Both the position numbers and the translations under genes were made by a program. A stretch of 64,000 nucleotides of DNA from a virus, in the IMG/VR virus record IMGVR_UViG_3300017605_000956, positions 14,479 through 78,478 of that record. One strand, written 5' to 3'. The notes beneath the pieces were generated by a model. It did not search any database, was not told the DNA's origin, and saw only the letters and a program-made list of their open reading frames with translations. Shown here piece after piece: positions 9,329 through 18,679 of this stretch (its first letter is position 1; every line of letters starts with the position of its first letter).

Positions 9329-10540
9329 GTGGACGAGATGCAGAGAATGAAGCGAGCCCGAACGATGCTCCTTCTACACTACCCCTTCTTCGGCTACTTG
9401 GCGGCGAAGCTGAAGATCGTCGAATCGACGGCGTATCCGACGATGGCGACGGACGGGCGGCACATCTTCTTCAACCCGGACTTCACGAAGAAGCTGTCCG
9501 CGAACCAGACGCTCACGGGCATCGCCCACGAGGTCATGCACAACGCCTGCGAGCACTTCAGCCGCGCCGGCTCGCGGGACCCCGAGAAGTGGAAGAAGGC
9601 GGCGGACTACGCGATCAACCTGATCCTGAAGGACTCGGGCTTCGCGCCGATCGACATCCCCGGCGTCTTCTCGTGGCTGCTCGACGAACAGTGGCGCGGC
9701 ATGACGGCGGAGCGGATCTGCGACACGATGCCCAGCTCCCCGCCGTGCCCGAGCTGCGTGATCGTGAAGGTGAGCGGAGGCGGGCTGCCCGGGGCCGAGT
9801 CGAACGAGGATCCTGGGGAAGACCCCCAGAAGCAGGACCCGACGGCCCCCGACCACAGCCAGTCGAAAGATCCCATCCCCCCGCCGGTCAACTGGAAGCG
9901 GGCGCTCGTCGAGGCGGCCCAGTTCGCCAAGATGCGCGGCAAGCTCCCCGCCGGGATGGAGGAGATGGTCGACGGCATCATCCACCCGAAGGTCAACTGG
10001 AAGCAGATCATCCGGAACTCGTTCGCCGCGGCGAAGAAGACGGACTGGACGTACCGCCGACCCAACAGGCGCTACGCCCACACGGGGATCGCGATGCCGG
10101 TGCCGTTCGGGTACCGCTCGTCGGTCGAGTGGTGGGGCGACTCCTCCGGGTCGGTCGGAGCCCAGGAATGGAAGATGGGGCTCGGGATCTGCGTGGACAT
10201 CGCCAAGTCGATGCGGATTCCGATCAACGTCGGGGTCTGCGACGCGCAGGTCCACCTGTTCGAGGAGAACGTGAAGGACAACGACATCGCGAAGAGAGTG
10301 AAGTTCCTCGGTCGCGGCGGCACCGACTTCCGTCCGATCTTCGAGCACATCACGAAGGGCAAGCGCAAGCCCGACTGCGTGGTCGTCTGGACGGACGGCT
10401 ATGGGACGTTCCCGCAGAACTGGAAGCCGAAGTACCAGGTCATCTGGGCGATGCCGGAGAGCTCGGCCACGGTCAAAGTGCCGTTCGGCCGGAAGCTCCT
10501 CATCGACATGAAGAACCTGGTTGGGGCGGTGAGCGCATGA
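9329..10540 (+). CDS. VWA-domain protein with N-terminal HEXXH metallopeptidase-like domain (DUF2201-like)
   Basis: TMATDG, HEVMH, MIDAS DSSGS, GRGGTDF, WTDG. Confidence 0.9.
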   Translation: MDEMQRMKRARTMLLLHYPFFGYLAAKLKIVESTAYPTMATDGRHIFFNPDFTKKLSANQTLTGIAHEVMHNACEHFSRAGSRDPEKWKKAADYAINLILKDSGFAPIDIPGVFSWLLDEQWRGMTAERICDTMPSSPPCPSCVIVKVSGGGLPGAESNEDPGEDPQKQDPTAPDHSQSKDPIPPPVNWKRALVEAAQFAKMRGKLPAGMEEMVDGIIHPKVNWKQIIRNSFAAAKKTDWTYRRPNRRYAHTGIAMPVPFGYRSSVEWWGDSSGSVGAQEWKMGLGICVDIAKSMRIPINVGVCDAQVHLFEENVKDNDIAKRVKFLGRGGTDFRPIFEHITKGKRKPDCVVVWTDGYGTFPQNWKPKYQVIWAMPESSATVKVPFGRKLLIDMKNLVGAVSA

Positions 10541-11250
10541 TCCCGATGCGATGCTGTATCTGTGGGGAAGCCGAACGGCTCCCCGGCACCGTCGTCTGCA
10601 AGAACTGCAAGGCGGAGATCGTGCTGACCGAGGGCCAGGCGGGCCTCAAAGCCATCGAGGCGCTCCACGAGCTGCCGTCGCATACGACGGTCGCGATCGG
10701 GTCACAGCCAGGTGGCCCGATGCTCGCGAAGGCGATCAAGTGCGAGAGCTGCGGGAAGTCGGAGGTGTACAACCCTCAGAAGCGCAAGGCCTCGTACTTC
10801 TGCGATCTCTGCGGCAAGCAGCTCTGCACCGCGTGCGCCGCCTACTGCAACCACAAGGACTGGAACTATCAGGCGAAGATCGTCTGCAAGCTCTGCCGCG
10901 CCGAGACGTCGCTGACCGGGCAGCCCGTCGAAGAAGTCGAGGGCTCGCTCCCCGGCCAGGGCGACGAGGTGAAGCGTGTGCCGAAGCCCCACTGCGGTCG
11001 GGCGACGTGCGTGGAGGACCCGGAAATGACCGCGCACCCGTGCCCGACTCCAGGCTGCGACCACAAGCCCTTTTGCGAGTGCAAGTGTCCGAAGTGCCGC
11101 GAGGCTGTTGCGTCGGGATTCGTGGAGCCCATGTTCGGCAAGATGCCGCCCGACCCGGATCCGGAGCCCCCGAAGCCGCCGCCGGCACCGGACGATGAAG
11201 ACCTCGAAGACGAGATGGAAGCCCATCGTCGGGAGGCGGAGCAGGCATGA
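10537..11250 (+). CDS. multi-Zn-finger Cys-rich protein with two AExxLT motifs
   Basis: ATG overlaps the VWA gene stop; many CxxC; CKNCKAEIVLT, CKLCRAETSLT. Confidence 0.75.
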   Translation: MIPMRCCICGEAERLPGTVVCKNCKAEIVLTEGQAGLKAIEALHELPSHTTVAIGSQPGGPMLAKAIKCESCGKSEVYNPQKRKASYFCDLCGKQLCTACAAYCNHKDWNYQAKIVCKLCRAETSLTGQPVEEVEGSLPGQGDEVKRVPKPHCGRATCVEDPEMTAHPCPTPGCDHKPFCECKCPKCREAVASGFVEPMFGKMPPDPDPEPPKPPPAPDDEDLEDEMEAHRREAEQA

Positions 11251-11567
11251 TCCTCAGAACGAAGTGGGCCGCCGCTTACGAGGCGGTGAAAGAGCGGATC
11301 GAGAAGACCAGACCGAAGAACGTGGTCATCTTCGAGCTTGTCTGCAAGGGGCTCTATCCGCCCGACGTGCGGATGAAGGACGACGCCGACAAATGCTCGG
11401 CATGCCGCGTGTCGTGGTACAGCTTCGAGCCCGCTTTCGGACACGCGAACGGGCTCCCGCACTTCGTCGCCTGGTGCCTTGAGCACCCGACCGAAGTGCG
11501 GGAGCGGTTCCCGGAGGCGGTCATGGTGTTGACCGAGACGACGCTCATCAAGAAGGAGGCCGTATGA
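11247..11567 (+). CDS. hypothetical protein, partial paralog of 29958..30407
   Basis: HFVAWC..FPE motif; coupled starts. Confidence 0.7.
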   Translation: MILRTKWAAAYEAVKERIEKTRPKNVVIFELVCKGLYPPDVRMKDDADKCSACRVSWYSFEPAFGHANGLPHFVAWCLEHPTEVRERFPEAVMVLTETTLIKKEAV

Positions 11568-12307
11568 AGACGATCGCGATGATCATGCTTCCTCTGGCTC
11601 TTCAGGGATACGAAGAGTCGTCCCAGAAGCTCGCGGACGATCTGGCGAAAGCCGATACCGCCCCGGCCAAGGTCGCTGTGGCGGACGAGTTCGTGAAGCT
11701 CGCGAAGAAGTTCCCGAAGCAGCGCCAGGAGGCGATCGACGGGGCCTCAAGCGCGTACCGCGCAGCGTGGCCGGATCTGGACCCGGTGTGGAAGATGAAG
11801 ACGCGGGAGCGCCTGGCTCGGCTCTACGTCCCTCTCGCTCCGGTACCGGAGAAGAAGCTGCCTGTCGCTGGCTGGGGTGCGATCAGTGGCGCGAAGGCGG
11901 ACTCGTTGCGCGTCCACTCAGGATCCGCATCGCTCCACCTGAAGATCGCGAGGAAGGATGGTGGGCTGGCCGACATGGGCGGCACCGACTTCTTCGAGGT
12001 GAAGCCGGGCAAGGAGCTCGAGCTCTCCGCCTGGGTGCTCACCGATGGGACGGATGGGCTCGACGACAAGTTCGGGTTCGTCCTCTACGATGCTGCGGGC
12101 AAGTCGCTCGTGACGAAGGAACTCGTCGCGCCGAAGGACATTCCGGCCTGGACGCGGCTGTCTGATCGGTTCGAGGTTCCTGCCGGCGCCGTGAAGGCGA
12201 AGATCGGCATCCTCGTGTCGTCGAAGGGCGGCGATCTCTGGTGGGACGACTTCTCCGTCAAGATCGACGGCAAAGAGCAGCTCCGGAATGGGGGCTTCGA
12301 GAAATGA
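11564..12307 (+). CDS. exported protein with a carbohydrate-binding (CBM4/9, galactose-binding-like) domain
   Basis: Hydrophobic N-terminus; VHSGSASL, LSAWV, WTRL, WWDDF, LRNGGFE. Confidence 0.75.
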   Translation: MKTIAMIMLPLALQGYEESSQKLADDLAKADTAPAKVAVADEFVKLAKKFPKQRQEAIDGASSAYRAAWPDLDPVWKMKTRERLARLYVPLAPVPEKKLPVAGWGAISGAKADSLRVHSGSASLHLKIARKDGGLADMGGTDFFEVKPGKELELSAWVLTDGTDGLDDKFGFVLYDAAGKSLVTKELVAPKDIPAWTRLSDRFEVPAGAVKAKIGILVSSKGGDLWWDDFSVKIDGKEQLRNGGFEK

Positions 12308-12513
12308 GCAGGAAAGAAGACCCTAACCAGTACTGGTTCTGGCTCCAGCCCCTTCCCCCGTTCGAGGTACGGTACGCCCCGAACTGGGAGGGCCGGGGTC
12401 GCGGCTTCGTCGGCCCCTTCACGTTCCGCGCTTGCGCGGAACGTGAGAGGACCGATCGGCTTCTCGCTGGGGCGCCCCTGCGACTGATCGGGCCAAAGAG
12501 AAAGGAGCAATAG
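12304..12513 (+). CDS. hypothetical protein
   Basis: ATG overlaps the upstream stop. Confidence 0.5.
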   Translation: MSRKEDPNQYWFWLQPLPPFEVRYAPNWEGRGRGFVGPFTFRACAERERTDRLLAGAPLRLIGPKRKEQ

Positions 12514-12514
12514 C

Positions 12515-13183
12515 ATGGCCGCGAAACCGCTGGTCAAGCCGAAGCACAAGGTGCTGTCGGTGCCGATCGGGATGGTGAACTACAACATCCCGAGCCCCGA
12601 GGCGGCGAAGAAGCGCAACGCCCCCGAGGAGACCGTCAAGTTTCTCTCCCGCGCGACGTGGAGCATCCCCGGAGCGATGCGCCGCGTGTCGATCCCTTGG
12701 GATGGCAGCTTCTACATCTACGCGATGGTGAACGACGCGGAGATCAAGAAGATCCGGGACGAGTGGAACGAGGAGAAGGGCATCCGGTTCCACGTCGTCG
12801 AGGACTGGACCTCGAAGAACCCGGAGGAGACCGCCGAGATCGTTCGGGGCTGTATCGCCCGCAGCCTGGGCGACATCATCGGCTCGAAGGGCGAGGAGCC
12901 CGGGGACGAGCCCAGCGGCCTCCGTGGGTCGCTCGCGAAGCTCTCGAAGCGGTACGAGGAGCTGGACTCGACGGACGCCGATGGCCTCATCGTCGACCGC
13001 ATCCAGGACGCGAAGAAGAAGCTGGAGGACGCCATGGTCGTCGCCGCTTCCTTCGCTCTCACCGAGGACTACGAGGAGCTGCGGAAGACGGTTGTCACGA
13101 CGATCGAGGCGGAGCTGGAACTGGCCCGCATCGAAGTCGGCAAGGTGGCCCTCTCGCGCATGAAGGCAGCCGGGGTGATCTAG
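12515..13183 (+). CDS. helical hypothetical protein
   Basis: RBS AAGGAG; strong coding bias. Confidence 0.75.
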   Translation: MAAKPLVKPKHKVLSVPIGMVNYNIPSPEAAKKRNAPEETVKFLSRATWSIPGAMRRVSIPWDGSFYIYAMVNDAEIKKIRDEWNEEKGIRFHVVEDWTSKNPEETAEIVRGCIARSLGDIIGSKGEEPGDEPSGLRGSLAKLSKRYEELDSTDADGLIVDRIQDAKKKLEDAMVVAASFALTEDYEELRKTVVTTIEAELELARIEVGKVALSRMKAAGVI

Positions 13184-13213
13184 GAGAGCCGGGACCTCCT
13201 CTCCTGGGTACGG

Positions 13214-13242
13214 GTGGGGTGGGGGCGCAGCCCCCACCCCAC
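13214..13242. repeat. perfect hairpin with GCA triloop
   Basis: GTGGGGTGGGGGC-GCA-GCCCCCACCCCAC. Confidence 0.9.
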
Positions 13243-13287
13243 TTCGGGAGAGCGACGAAGGGGAAACGACCGAAAGATTTTTGGAGG

Positions 13288-13653
13288 ATGACCATGACCA
13301 CGATGCTCGGCACGTTTGGGGTAGCCGAAGAGGAGATCGGGAGATTCAACCGGACGCTCCCGCCTCAGACCAAGGTGAAGTACGACGCCCGGTGGGAGCT
13401 GGGGCTCGAAGTCGTGCGGTGGTTCCACTACCGCTACAACGTCGACCACACGTTCATCGGCCGGATCAACTCGGTGGAGGAGCTGCGGAAGAACATGGTC
13501 CCGCGGTACCAGGCCTACTTCATGTCGAGAGGCGTCCCGAAGAAGATGTTCCCGGCCCTCGACACGATCCTCATTGAGCCGCGGATCCAGGAGTTCTGCG
13601 AGATGTTCAAGGACGTCCTGGCGGAGATCGAACTTCTCCGGGAGGCACAATGA
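13288..13653 (+). CDS. hypothetical protein with C-terminal AExxL motif
   Basis: RBS GGAGG; ..FKDVLAEIELL. Confidence 0.7.
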   Translation: MTMTTMLGTFGVAEEEIGRFNRTLPPQTKVKYDARWELGLEVVRWFHYRYNVDHTFIGRINSVEELRKNMVPRYQAYFMSRGVPKKMFPALDTILIEPRIQEFCEMFKDVLAEIELLREAQ

Positions 13654-13955
13654 AGACGAAGCCGACGAAGTGGACCCTCGTGCAGCACTCGGGCTACGGC
13701 TACGCCGCGAAGCCCGCGTTCAAGCTCGGGGTCGAGACGCGACAGGTCGAAGGCGCCAAGGAGATCGAGCGCGTCCGCCGCGCCGGCGGGATGCTCTTCG
13801 ACTCCTACGGCGAGGCCGAGGACCAGGCGGACATCGAGAACTACCCGAAGGGGTACGAGGGGCTCGAGCCGCGAGTTCTCGGTACGTTCGCGGACGCGGA
13901 GGTGGATCAGCTTCGGGTGTACATCCCGAAGCTGGTATCCGCAGCATCGAGATGA
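13650..13955 (+). CDS. hypothetical protein
   Basis: Coupled start, RBS GGAGG. Confidence 0.7.
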   Translation: MKTKPTKWTLVQHSGYGYAAKPAFKLGVETRQVEGAKEIERVRRAGGMLFDSYGEAEDQADIENYPKGYEGLEPRVLGTFADAEVDQLRVYIPKLVSAASR

Positions 13956-14010
13956 AAAGAGCGTGCGGGGGCGCGGTCGTTTTGACCGCGCTTCCCGGCT
14001 CTCGAGGGTT

Positions 14011-14046
14011 TGCACGTGCTGGCCTTCCTGCGGCTTTGCACGTGCT
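14011..14046. promoter_or_regulatory. two TGCACGTGCT operator-like boxes upstream of the XRE regulator
   Basis: Copies at 14011 and 14037. Confidence 0.55.
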
Positions 14047-14205
14047 GACGAAAGATTGGCGGACGAAAAATGCTCCGCGTTTGGACGACGCGGCTGTATG
14101 GCTGGCCGGGGCCTTTTCCGGCAGGGAAAAGAGTGAGGCGAGAGGTGGACGATGGTTCTTCGAGGTTCAGCGTAATCGCCCCTCACGGGGCGGAAGGAGT
14201 GATGA

Positions 14206-14469
14206 ATGTCGCAGGTGAAGATCAACGGGTCGAAGCTGAGAGAGGTTCGGATGGGGAAACGCATGACGACCAAGGAGCTCGCGGAGCGGTCGGGTGTGTC
14301 CCCCCGGACGATCGACCGCATCGAATCCGGGGCGCTGAAGGAGGGCGTGAGGGAAGGAACCCTCTTCGCCATCACGAAGGCGCTCGAGGTCGAGCTGGAC
14401 GTTCTGATCGAGTCCGCGCCGATTCCCGCGGAAGTCGGAGAGAAGAGTGAAGACAAGAAAACCGCGTAA
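14206..14469 (+). CDS. XRE-family HTH transcriptional regulator
   Basis: LREVR..MTTKELAERSGVSPRTIDRIESG..ITKALEV. Confidence 0.9.
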   Translation: MSQVKINGSKLREVRMGKRMTTKELAERSGVSPRTIDRIESGALKEGVREGTLFAITKALEVELDVLIESAPIPAEVGEKSEDKKTA

Positions 14470-14971
14470 CGCCGCTCTTGAATTCGCCAAGGGCTTCACG
14501 GTCCTCGTGGCGCGGGAGGCGCTGCGGCAGGGCCGCAAGAGAGTCCTGAACCCGGCGAAGTTCGAGAAGTGGGCGCGCAGCGCGATCCGGTCGGGCGGTG
14601 GGGACCCCGACCGGATCGGGGAGGCCGTCGGAAGGCGGCTTCACTGGATGGTATTCCCTCAGAAGGCGAAGTGGCAGCAGGACGTGGAGTACTGCATCCG
14701 TCGCGGGCGTTCGTTCGCCCGCCGGCATAAGGTGCTGATTGCCGAGCAGGTGCTGACGGGAGACGCGGAGAGGACCCAACTTGAGATGGCAGCGGAAGAG
14801 ATGGTCCGCATCCTTGGGCCGAAGAAGGTCTTGGACCTTCTCGGCAAAGGGAAAGAGAGTAGGGCGTGCGTAAGTCGAAGTCGGAAGCGTTCGAGGATCT
14901 CGCGGCGCCGCTTGGCGAGTTCGTGTTCGAGCTGCGGGCGTCGTGGGGGACGAAAGCGATCGGCACGGTGA
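14447..14971 (+). CDS. hypothetical protein with AExxLT motif
   Basis: ..FARRHKVLIAEQVLT; 3' end overlaps the next gene. Confidence 0.55.
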   Translation: MKTRKPRNAALEFAKGFTVLVAREALRQGRKRVLNPAKFEKWARSAIRSGGGDPDRIGEAVGRRLHWMVFPQKAKWQQDVEYCIRRGRSFARRHKVLIAEQVLTGDAERTQLEMAAEEMVRILGPKKVLDLLGKGKESRACVSRSRKRSRISRRRLASSCSSCGRRGGRKRSAR

Positions 14972-15186
14972 GGGACCTGTCGTGGGGGCTGAGGAATGGT
15001 CTTCGCCTCGTCGTGGTGTCACCGGAGCCGGAGCTGGCCCTGGCGTTCATGATGACGGCGGTGGTCTTGAACGTGTCGGCTGACAAGCTCGACCGGCCGG
15101 ATCCGATCGTTGAGCGGTACGCGCAGGACTTTATCGAGAAGCATCGGAGAGAATTTGCGGAGGCGATCCTGACGTGGCAGGCATAA
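14866..15186 (+). CDS. hypothetical protein with C-terminal AExxLT motif
   Basis: ..FIEKHRREFAEAILTWQA*. Confidence 0.65.
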   Translation: MRKSKSEAFEDLAAPLGEFVFELRASWGTKAIGTVRDLSWGLRNGLRLVVVSPEPELALAFMMTAVVLNVSADKLDRPDPIVERYAQDFIEKHRREFAEAILTWQA

Positions 15187-15191
15187 GCAAA

Positions 15192-15656
15192 ATGAATGGG
15201 AAGCCGCTGATCATCGAGGGCTTTTGCGATTTCGACCAGCCGCTTCGGCGAGTCGAGATCGGGAAGCACACGACGATCGAGGCGTTCGAGCGGTCGAAGA
15301 AGCGCGCCCAGTCCGGGGGCGAGTCGACCTATGGCTGGGTCTGGGCGGAGTTCCCTGATCCGCAGAGCGTCAACCCCATTCCGATGCGGCCGTGGAAGAT
15401 GCACGAGGTCATCGTGGGAAGCCACCAGGCGGGCTGGCTCGCGGCGAGGGATCGCGCCCATGCGGAGCGTCCCGGCGTGTGCTGGTGGACGGCCACGCCA
15501 TCCTGCTGCTCGAAGCTCGTCGCCGTTCCGCTCGGGGAGCATCAGAAGTCGGTGCGGCATTTCTTCTACACCGCCATGGAGTTCCAAGAGCTGACGGTGA
15601 GGCTGTGGCCCTGGATGAAGCCTTTGATCGCGGAGGAGGTCTTGTGCGAAAAGTAG
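15192..15656 (+). CDS. hypothetical protein with C-terminal AExxL motif
   Basis: ..WMKPLIAEEVLCEK*. Confidence 0.65.
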   Translation: MNGKPLIIEGFCDFDQPLRRVEIGKHTTIEAFERSKKRAQSGGESTYGWVWAEFPDPQSVNPIPMRPWKMHEVIVGSHQAGWLAARDRAHAERPGVCWWTATPSCCSKLVAVPLGEHQKSVRHFFYTAMEFQELTVRLWPWMKPLIAEEVLCEK

Positions 15657-16027
15657 AGCCTCAGATCCAGCTCGCCAATTACTACCTCGCGCTGTGCTAC
15701 TCGCTGTGGGCGAGGTACGAGTGGCTCGGGATCAACCTGAACTACGCGGGCATCCAGAGGGTCATGGAGCGTTTGGCGCTGGGGATACCGCTCCGGTGGC
15801 AACGTGATGGGGAAGCGCCGAAGGACATGGAAGAGCGGCTCGCGCAACATCTCACCTGGCTTGTGGTGTCGCGCGGCCGAAAGGTCGAGGACAGCGTCGT
15901 GAAGGACCTGCGCGTCGAAGCTGCGGCGTTCGTCGCGAAGCATCGAGAGCTGTTCGCGGAGATCAAGCTCGCCGGCGCGAGCAAAGACCTGAACAAAGAA
16001 TTGGCGGAGACGGGGAGCAGGGTATGA
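15644..16027 (+). CDS. hypothetical protein with AExxL motif
   Basis: GTG start after GGAGGAGG; ..FVAKHRELFAEIKL. Confidence 0.65.
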   Translation: MRKVEPQIQLANYYLALCYSLWARYEWLGINLNYAGIQRVMERLALGIPLRWQRDGEAPKDMEERLAQHLTWLVVSRGRKVEDSVVKDLRVEAAAFVAKHRELFAEIKLAGASKDLNKELAETGSRV

Positions 16028-16353
16028 GCAGGATGACGCGGATCCAGGTGATCGCGATCCTCGAGAAGAGGATCAAGGACTTCGTCGAGTCCGCTACCAA
16101 CGAGAAGATGTGGCCTCCGTTGTCGCTGACTTCGGGCCAGCTCTCGAATCAGGAAGCGATGATCGGGCTGATCATGATGAGGCTGTCGAAGCCCCGGTTC
16201 CTGAGAGAGCATTTCACGGATCAGCACGTCCCGCAACACTGCAACCTGTGTCAGACGTTCATCTCGAACTACCGGTATGAGTTCGAGGGCAAGGCCAGAG
16301 AGTTTCTGAGCACGAACCGTGAGCTCTTCGCGGAGCTCAACCTGTTGGGCTAA
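16024..16353 (+). CDS. hypothetical protein with C-terminal AExxL motif
   Basis: ..FLSTNRELFAELNLLG*. Confidence 0.7.
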   Translation: MSRMTRIQVIAILEKRIKDFVESATNEKMWPPLSLTSGQLSNQEAMIGLIMMRLSKPRFLREHFTDQHVPQHCNLCQTFISNYRYEFEGKAREFLSTNRELFAELNLLG

Positions 16354-16375
16354 TTTTACGAGGGTGGGGTAGCAG

Positions 16376-16879
16376 ATGAGAGAGATGGCAGAGCCGAAGT
16401 GTCCGAAGGGGTGCCGGGCGCCCGTTGCGCGCCTGGCGGGGACGGATGGCTACAAGCGATACCAATGCGGAAACATGGACTGCCTCGAGACGTGGGATGT
16501 TCCCATCGAGAAGAGACGGTCAGATACGCCGGAGCCCGAAGCTCCGGAGACTCAGGAGGACGACGTGGCGAAGCCCAAGCTGACGTGCCAGTACAACTGC
16601 GGGCACAAACCCTTCTCGTCGGAGAAGTGGAAGCTGAAGCACGAGGAGGCTTGCGCGAAGGAGAAGGACGGCTCCGTCGAAGAGAGCCCGGATCTCCCCC
16701 ACACGCCGGCGACGGAGACGGCGAGGAGCGCCATGGGCTCGGTGATCGACTCCCTCAGGAACAAGCGCGAGTCGATGATCCGGGACAACGAGGAGATCCA
16801 GAAGATCATCGCGGAGCACCCCGACATCAGGAAGATCGACGCCGCGATCAAGCTGCTGGAGTCGGTTCAGGATGTGTAG
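16376..16879 (+). CDS. Zn-ribbon + C2H/C finger + coiled-coil protein
   Basis: CPKGC..CGNMDC; CQYNC..HEEAC. Confidence 0.65.
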   Translation: MREMAEPKCPKGCRAPVARLAGTDGYKRYQCGNMDCLETWDVPIEKRRSDTPEPEAPETQEDDVAKPKLTCQYNCGHKPFSSEKWKLKHEEACAKEKDGSVEESPDLPHTPATETARSAMGSVIDSLRNKRESMIRDNEEIQKIIAEHPDIRKIDAAIKLLESVQDV

Positions 16880-17162
16880 GCTCTGCGACGCCGAGTGCGC
16901 GCTGACCGGCGAGATGGAGCGGGTGATCCTCGAGAACACGAACCCGGGTCACAACAAGCAGTACACCGTCTTCATCGAGCTGGTCGAGGACAACGGCACC
17001 GGCAACGTCCGGGTCATGGGCCGCTGGGGACCTATTGGCGAGAAGTGGACGAGGTCCCAGGAAAAGGGTCGCTTCGTGGCGATCTCGAGTGCGCGGCAGG
17101 CGGTCTATGACCTGGTGCGAGAAAAAGAGGGCCGTGGCTACAAGAGGAGGATCTGTCCGTGA
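16872..17162 (+). CDS. WGR-domain protein
   Basis: HNKQY, GRWGPIG, EKEGRGY. Confidence 0.8.
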   Translation: MCRLCDAECALTGEMERVILENTNPGHNKQYTVFIELVEDNGTGNVRVMGRWGPIGEKWTRSQEKGRFVAISSARQAVYDLVREKEGRGYKRRICP

Positions 17163-17449
17163 AGCCGACGACCACGCGCACCCTCGCCTCCCGCTTCGTT
17201 CGGTTCTGCCTGGATGAGGCGGAGGCGAGGGGCGTTTGGCCCCGTGATCTGCGGTTGGCTTTTGTCGAGCGGGAGTTCTCGGACTTCGGCTCGAAGAATT
17301 TGGTGAACCGGTTGACGAACGTCTACCGACGCATTCTTTACGGGAGGCCGGGAAGCCACCTCGAGGACGAGCTGAAGGTCCGGGTGGAGTTTTGGATGGG
17401 CCTCCCAGAGAACAGGGAGTTCTTGGCGGAGATCGTGCTGACGAGATAG
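17159..17449 (+). CDS. hypothetical protein with C-terminal AExxLT motif
   Basis: ..ENREFLAEIVLTR*. Confidence 0.7.
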   Translation: MKPTTTRTLASRFVRFCLDEAEARGVWPRDLRLAFVEREFSDFGSKNLVNRLTNVYRRILYGRPGSHLEDELKVRVEFWMGLPENREFLAEIVLTR

Positions 17450-17451
17450 CG

Positions 17452-17772
17452 ATGCCGAAAGAGAAGGCGACGCACACGAGGTTTCGGACCTACTGGTCGC
17501 TCTCGTCGACGGGCCAGCGGTCGACGTGCAGCGATTGCGGCCGGCGCGAGCTGCGGGTCGGGTACCAGTGCCGCGGCATGGACTACGGGCACGGCTTCTG
17601 CCAGCGGGTGCGCTGCTGGCTGTGTGCCGGGATCAAGAGAGTCGAGAAGAAGACGATGACCGATATGTGGACGCTCTGCCTCTACTTCGCGGTGATCGAG
17701 AACCAGCTCTGCAAGCCCTGTCGCGCGGAGAACGAGCTGCTTGGCGAGATAAAGGTCATGGTGTCCTCGTGA
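17452..17772 (+). CDS. Zn-finger protein with CxxC-AExxL end
   Basis: CSDC, CWLC, CKPCRAENELL. Confidence 0.6.
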   Translation: MPKEKATHTRFRTYWSLSSTGQRSTCSDCGRRELRVGYQCRGMDYGHGFCQRVRCWLCAGIKRVEKKTMTDMWTLCLYFAVIENQLCKPCRAENELLGEIKVMVSS

Positions 17773-18143
17773 GCTGCGCTCTCTGTCACCGAGGGGTCGA
17801 GACGCTCGCGCTGAACATGAACGACCTCTCGCGCGGACGCCAGCTTGCCGAGAAGCTCGGGGTGAAGTGGGGCGAGAGTGCAGCGGTCTGTATCTGCAAG
17901 CTATGTGTTGCGGAGTTTGAGTTTACGGGAGAATGGACCGTGATCTGCTCGGCTTGCAAGAAGGGGTTCGCCAAGGTGCCGCCGCTCTGCGATAGCTGCG
18001 GGCAGCCCACGTGCGAGGATTGCGCTGCGAAGGAGATACCGCCTGGTCGGTGGGAGATCAGGCACAGCGCGGTGCTGCGGGCCGGAGATCGAATCCGGAT
18101 CTGCAAGAACTGTCGAGCGGAACGAGTGCTTACGGAGGACTGA
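17769..18143 (+). CDS. multi-Zn-finger protein with two AExx(L/F)T motifs
   Basis: CKLCVAEFEFT; CKNCRAERVLTED*. Confidence 0.65.
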   Translation: MSCALCHRGVETLALNMNDLSRGRQLAEKLGVKWGESAAVCICKLCVAEFEFTGEWTVICSACKKGFAKVPPLCDSCGQPTCEDCAAKEIPPGRWEIRHSAVLRAGDRIRICKNCRAERVLTED

Positions 18144-18679
18144 TGGAGACCGCCGAGATTCAGATGTCGCCCAGGGCTGCACGTACCGAAGCCGAGAGGT
18201 ATTCACGGTGCCGGGACCTGACGAAGACCGACCGCCTGATCATGAAGGCGTACAAGTCGATCGCGCACGGGAGCCGGATCATCGACCTCAAGAAGACGAT
18301 GGAGATTGCGGGCTTCGACGACAACGGGCGGCCGCGGCTGGCGATCTGCTGCGCCAATGCGACGCGGGTCGACGTGCGCTGCTGGCCGGGGTCGACGGAG
18401 TTCAAGTGGAACCATCGGTACTACGACCGGAGCTCGATGAGGATCGTGGGCTTTGGGAACAACAGGACCTCCACCGTCGATGGGTGGGCGACGACGCCGT
18501 ACATCCCGCCGTACATCCGGCGCGCTCGGATGAGCCGGTACTTCGTGCTGTGGGAGGCGACGTGGCACAACGTTCCGGCGGGAGATCCCTACCTGCTGGA
18601 GCAGATCGACCAGAACCTCTTCCGCGTGGTCGCGGCGTGGGACATCACGCCGCTCGAGGCGGCGGTGCTGAGGCGATGA
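18143..18679 (+). CDS. phage hypothetical protein
   Basis: TGATG coupling; PRLA, PYIPP, DPYLL, AAWD. Confidence 0.7.
   Translation: METAEIQMSPRAARTEAERYSRCRDLTKTDRLIMKAYKSIAHGSRIIDLKKTMEIAGFDDNGRPRLAICCANATRVDVRCWPGSTEFKWNHRYYDRSSMRIVGFGNNRTSTVDGWATTPYIPPYIRRARMSRYFVLWEATWHNVPAGDPYLLEQIDQNLFRVVAAWDITPLEAAVLRR

Noticed and set aside
9187-11250. Track ORFs with long out-of-frame 5' extensions (9187, 12658, 35133, 38446, 48905)
   Set aside because: Only the 3' parts are coding; the real starts are coupled to upstream stops (10537, 13288, 36927, 39046, 50171)
14860-14971. Programmed frameshift joining 14447 and 14866
   Set aside because: No clear slippery site, and each ORF has its own AExxLT motif; simple overlap or a lost stop is more parsimonious
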